Shown piece after piece: positions 59,956 through 64,000 of a stretch of 64,000 nt of DNA. Below the pieces are notes generated by a model. The model saw only the letters and a list, made by a program, of their open reading frames with translations, did no database searches and was not told where the DNA came from. The translations under genes and the position numbers were made by a program. Source of the DNA: Nitrosopumilus sp. (GTDB lineage: Archaea > Thermoproteota > Nitrososphaeria > Nitrososphaerales > Nitrosopumilaceae); contig OY759726.1 of the NCBI GenBank assembly GCA_963662625.1, positions 1,024,001-1,088,000 on the forward strand. The letters are read 5' to 3'. Position 1 is the stretch's first letter. Every line of letters begins with the position of its first letter.

Positions 59956-61023
59956 TTAACTGTCGCGATTCAGCCTGCGGACGATCTTCCCCGCGGCGCT
60001 CCCGTTCCCGAACGGGCTCTTCCAGCCACGGTCCCTTTTTGCCATGGCCTGAGCGCACCTGAGGACGCGGCCCGGCTCGGTGCCCGCCACCATGTTCGCG
60101 CCCGCGGCCACCGTCTCGGGCCTCTCCGTGTTGTCCCGCAGCGTCACGCACGGGACCCCCAGTATGCACGCCTCCTCCTGGATCCCCCCCGAGTCTGTCA
60201 TCACGAGCATCGCGTCCTTCTGCATCCCCAGGAACGAGAAATAGTCGGCCGGCCGCACCACCATGGTCTTGCCAAAGCTGATCCCGAACTTCCTTGCCAT
60301 CTTCCTAGAGCGGGGGTGCATCGGGTACACCACCGGCACCCGGAACCTCCGGGCGACCAGGTCCAGTGACTCCGCTATTCTCCCGAACCTGGCCGGGTCG
60401 TCGACGTTCTCCTGCCTGTGGACCGAGGCCAGGATATAGCCGCGCAGCCCCTCGACGCGGCCCGGTTTTTTCGCGTATCTTATGTTCTGGAGCACCGCGT
60501 CTGCTATCGTGTTTCCAGTTACCGATATCCTCTTCCGCGGTATCCCCTCGCCAAGCAAGATCTCCCTCGTCTCCGGGGTGGGGGCAAAGAGGTAGTCCGA
60601 GCAGTGGTCCGTCAGCCTCCTGTTTACCTCCTCGGGCATGCCCATGTCGTAGCTCCTGAGGCCCGCCTCCACGTGCCCCACGGGGACGCCGGCCTTGCTT
60701 GCGGCGATTGCAGCCCCGAGCACCGTGTTCGTGTCCCCTTGGACCAGGATCGCGTCCGGCCTGTCCCCCGCGAGGATCCTCTCGGTTCCGGCGATTACCA
60801 GCGCGGTCTGCCTCCCGGGCCGGCCCGATCCCACGTCCAGCCTGTACTTGGGCCTGGGTAGCCCCAGCTGTTCGAAGAAGACCCCGTCAAGGCCGTAGGA
60901 GTAGTGCTGCCCCGAGTGGATGACGTAGTGGTCGATGCCCTCCGCCTCGAGCTTCCTTATCACCGGCGACATCTTGATTATCTCGGGGCGCGTGCCCACC
61001 GCGACTGCGATCTTTTCGGCCAA
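59956..61023 (-). CDS. wecB: UDP-N-acetylglucosamine 2-epimerase (canonical)
   Basis: GTRPEIIK, SGQHY, QGDT, HVEAGLRS, PEEVNR, HRQEN, TDSGGIQEEA, RDNTERPE. Confidence 0.95.
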   Translation of the reverse strand: MAEKIAVAVGTRPEIIKMSPVIRKLEAEGIDHYVIHSGQHYSYGLDGVFFEQLGLPRPKYRLDVGSGRPGRQTALVIAGTERILAGDRPDAILVQGDTNTVLGAAIAASKAGVPVGHVEAGLRSYDMGMPEEVNRRLTDHCSDYLFAPTPETREILLGEGIPRKRISVTGNTIADAVLQNIRYAKKPGRVEGLRGYILASVHRQENVDDPARFGRIAESLDLVARRFRVPVVYPMHPRSRKMARKFGISFGKTMVVRPADYFSFLGMQKDAMLVMTDSGGIQEEACILGVPCVTLRDNTERPETVAAGANMVAGTEPGRVLRCAQAMAKRDRGWKSPFGNGSAAGKIVRRLNRDS

Positions 61024-61151
61024 CCCTGATCCGTCCAAGCCGGAGCCTGCAATATACTTTGATGGCGCGCCGGTGCGTGGCGCCATGGCTCCCCGGATCC
61101 GCGCGGCCCACGATCGATACGCCTTTGATCCGGCAGGCCCAAGCTAGGCGC

Positions 61152-61325
61152 ATGGAAGATCCGAAGGAGGCGCTGCTGAACGCGGAACTTGCCGCGGCCG
61201 CAGTGGCGATGGAGGCGGTGAAAAACGTGGTGGCGGCCCTGAAAAGGGAGAACACCGCCCTTGACAAGAAACTCGCCGCCCTGAAAAGGAAGAATACCGC
61301 CCATAAAGGGAGGAAGTCGGGCTGA
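61152..61325 (+). CDS. Possible 57-aa coiled-coil microprotein or gene fragment
   Basis: MEDPKEALL...; 14-aa internal duplication AALKRENTA / AALKRKNTA. Confidence 0.4.
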   Translation: MEDPKEALLNAELAAAAVAMEAVKNVVAALKRENTALDKKLAALKRKNTAHKGRKSG

Positions 61326-61609
61326 GGGCCAGGATGTCGCTCCCCCGCTGCAAGTCGCCGCCCGTCCCGCCGTTCTGGGAAATGGGCAAGTCGAACTGAG
61401 GGCCGGGATGGCGTCCTGCCAGGATGCCCCCGGCATGTGGCGTGCCGCCGCCTTGCAGCTAGGCCAGCGGGGGCGCCTGTGGATCGGGTGTGCCGCGCCA
61501 GCGCCTGGCGTGCCCCCAGGACGCGCTGCGGAACCCGCCCGCGCTTGGCCGTCCGTAGGGCGGGACCGGATCGCTTATGAATATATAACTGGATGGCGTA
61601 CCTACCGCG

Positions 61610-62128
61610 TTGAAAGCCCTGATCATGCTGGTCCTGTCGTGCGCCATGCTGGTTCCCGCAGCTCATGCGCAGGACCTCCCCCCAGTGGAGTACGGCGAGA
61701 AAAAGTACCAGAACATGGACTCCAGGCTGGTTGCCCTCTACGAGTCAGCCGCAAGAGGACAGCCCACGCCTAGCACCACCGTCCCGCTCAGCGCGGACGT
61801 CCAGACGGTCCAGGTGGTGCTGGAGATGGTCATGCCCGGGGCGCCCGTCCCGGAGGGGCTGGGGATAGCGGTGGAGACATCGTACGAGGAACTGGTGCAG
61901 GCGACGGTCCCGGTTAGGAACCTGGCTGCCATAGCGGCCGACGAGAACGTCAGGCTCGTCACGCTTCCCGCCAGGCCTGTTCCCGCAGCTGTGGAGCCGG
62001 CAGCGTTGCAGCCGGCGGCGGATGCCAGGGATCAGGGCAGCTGGCTATACCTGCTGGCGCTCCCGGCGGCGGCCCTGCCCGCAGGCGTCATCGCGCTTGC
62101 GTGGAAGCGAAGAGCGTCAACAAAATGA
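61610..62128 (+). CDS. Secreted, C-terminally anchored protein resembling a subtilase prodomain
   Basis: Signal peptide (AHA-Q); DSRL..L, V.VVLE, VQATVP..L..IA..ENV..V..P; C-terminal TM + WKRR. Confidence 0.7.
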   Translation: MKALIMLVLSCAMLVPAAHAQDLPPVEYGEKKYQNMDSRLVALYESAARGQPTPSTTVPLSADVQTVQVVLEMVMPGAPVPEGLGIAVETSYEELVQATVPVRNLAAIAADENVRLVTLPARPVPAAVEPAALQPAADARDQGSWLYLLALPAAALPAGVIALAWKRRASTK

Positions 62129-64000
62129 ACTTGAATGCCTGCATCGCGGCGCTGCTCGTGGCAGGCTGTGCCGTGACAGGCGGGGCGCACCTTGCGCAGG
62201 AAGCGCGCGTCATGCAGGACGGCCACGCGGATCCGCAGATCCTGCCAGGCGTCCACGCGGCGCGGGATCCTGGGGAGGTGGTCAGCGAGGGCGCAAGGGT
62301 GATGGGCTCCGACCATGCCAACGCCGCGGGACACACCGGCAAGGGGGTCAGGGTGGCGGTGATCGACACCGGCTTTGACGTAGCAAACCCCGAGATCGCC
62401 GGGAACGTCGCCGAATACAAGTCCTTTTACTCCGGCAGCGACATCGCCGGCGACAACTACCTCCACGGCACGGCCGTGGCAGAGATCATAGCGGACGTCG
62501 CCCCGGACGCGGAGCTGTACCTCTACAACTTCGGCACCAACGTGGAGTTCTTCAACCTGGTAGACCACATAATCGCCCGCGGGGACATCGACGTCGTGTC
62601 GATGTCCCTGGGGTGGTACCCGTTCCTGCCGGCCGACGGCACGAGCAGGATGGCGCAAAAGGTGAGCGAGGCCAGGGACGGCGGGATCCTGTGGGTCAAT
62701 TCCGCGGGAAATTCCGCGGACAAGCACTGGCAGGGGAGGTTCTCAGACGCCGACGGCGACAGGTGGAACGACTTCCTGGGGACGGACGAGACGATCAACA
62801 TCAGAGTGCGCGGGGGCGACACGCTGACGGTAATCCTCAACTGGGACGACTGGGACTCGCCATCGCAGGACTATGATCTCTGCCTGTTCGGATACTGGGA
62901 ACCCGACGGCCTTCGGCTGATAGGGTGCACGGACAACCCACAACCCGGGTCTGATCCAGTGGAGGGCGTAGGGTACCGGGCAGATCGCGACATGATCGTG
63001 CACGTGGCAATCCACAAGCACTCCGCGTCCGGGGACGCGAACTTCCAGCTGTTCTCGAGCCACCCCTTGGACGAGCACGCGGTGGCGGACTCCAGCCTGG
63101 TGATCCCTGCAGACTCCCCGGGCTCCATGAGCGTGGGCGCGAGCCACTGGGGCACTGGCGACCTCGAGTGGTACAGCTCCCGGGGCCCCACGGTCGACGG
63201 GAGGGTAAAGCCGGACATCTCCGGGCCCACCCGCGTCAGCACCACGGCCTACGGGGCAGTGGGGTTCGCCGGCACGTCGGCGGCCGCCCCGCACGTCGCC
63301 GGCGCAGCAGCGCTGGCAATGGAAAAGTACCCCGGCGCCACGGCAGACCAGGTCCAAGTCCTGCTAGAGTCCATGGTGGAGTCGCGCCACTCCAAGTCGA
63401 ACCGGGACGGGACGGGCAGGGTGGACGTGTCAGTGCTTGCCACGTCGGACGTGCTGGCGCTGGACAACGCCCGCGTGGAATGTGCGTCCAGCGGCATGTG
63501 CTACTTCCCGGCCACGCTGACCGTCCCGCGAGGAGCCACTGTGACCTGGACAAACGTAGGCACCACCCCGATCGGCTTTCAAAGCTACCCGTCGAGCGGC
63601 AAGATATTTTCCAGCGGCATACTTTTGCCGGGGGACAGCTATTCCATGGCATTTGATGCGGACGGCACGTTTGACTACCACGGCCATCCGTACCCGTGGA
63701 CGACGGGGCGGATAATAGTGGGCACCGGCGAGTACCTGTGGCCCGCGATATCCTCGGCCGCCGTCACCGGCCCCAACCAGGTCACCGTGACGTTCTCAAA
63801 GCCCGTCACCGCCGCGTTGGACGACTTTGCCGACATCACCATATCCGGGGAAACCTCGGCCAGAAAGTTCACGGGAATCGCCGGATCCGGCACCGGCGCC
63901 ATCACGCTTGAGTTTGCAGGCCCGCCGGCACCGCCGGACGCCGCCGGGGCGATGTACGTGGGCGCGGGAATCTTGGACGGCGACGGGAACGCCGTCGCAG
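62125..64000 (+). CDS. S8 subtilase with cupredoxin-like and further surface domains (runs off window)
   Basis: Manual translation from ATG 62125: VAVIDTGF, HGTAVAE, NSAGN, GTSAAAPHVAG, then FPATLTV..G.TVTWTN. Confidence 0.92.
   Translation, partial: MNLNACIAALLVAGCAVTGGAHLAQEARVMQDGHADPQILPGVHAARDPGEVVSEGARVMGSDHANAAGHTGKGVRVAVIDTGFDVANPEIAGNVAEYKSFYSGSDIAGDNYLHGTAVAEIIADVAPDAELYLYNFGTNVEFFNLVDHIIARGDIDVVSMSLGWYPFLPADGTSRMAQKVSEARDGGILWVNSAGNSADKHWQGRFSDADGDRWNDFLGTDETINIRVRGGDTLTVILNWDDWDSPSQDYDLCLFGYWEPDGLRLIGCTDNPQPGSDPVEGVGYRADRDMIVHVAIHKHSASGDANFQLFSSHPLDEHAVADSSLVIPADSPGSMSVGASHWGTGDLEWYSSRGPTVDGRVKPDISGPTRVSTTAYGAVGFAGTSAAAPHVAGAAALAMEKYPGATADQVQVLLESMVESRHSKSNRDGTGRVDVSVLATSDVLALDNARVECASSGMCYFPATLTVPRGATVTWTNVGTTPIGFQSYPSSGKIFSSGILLPGDSYSMAFDADGTFDYHGHPYPWTTGRIIVGTGEYLWPAISSAAVTGPNQVTVTFSKPVTAALDDFADITISGETSARKFTGIAGSGTGAITLEFAGPPAPPDAAGAMYVGAGILDGDGNAVA

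Overview
High-GC chromosomal segment of an ammonia-oxidising archaeon (Nitrososphaerota/Thaumarchaeota, Nitrosopumilaceae-like gene order). The high GC, IS relics and repeat-rich surface proteins suggest a host-associated lineage, but that is inference. The core backbone carries gatD, cdc48, rpl2, SRP RNA, pelota, tes, aglB, mtnA, the heme-copper oxidase operon, ilvE, aspartokinase and three tRNAs (Arg-TCG, Lys-CTT, Val-TAC). Accessory parts are two surface-glycan loci (12-20 kb and 50-61 kb), IS relic clusters next to tRNA-Arg and tRNA-Lys, and a secreted subtilase at the right edge. Main findings: (1) a Wzm/Wzt glycan locus with two different coiled-coil proteins whose tandem arrays are both exactly 13 x 42 bp, a candidate repeat-tunable chain-length ruler; (2) strongly directional A:T->G:C decay of the IS relics; (3) coxB split by one in-frame amber codon, with ACG where the start should be; (4) a subtilase whose prodomain appears to be a separate membrane-anchored gene; (5) an IS110/IS1111 element with 22-bp inverted repeats and candidate bridge RNA; (6) unannotated small RNAs and Cys-rich microproteins. 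All calls were made by eye from motifs; no database searches were run.
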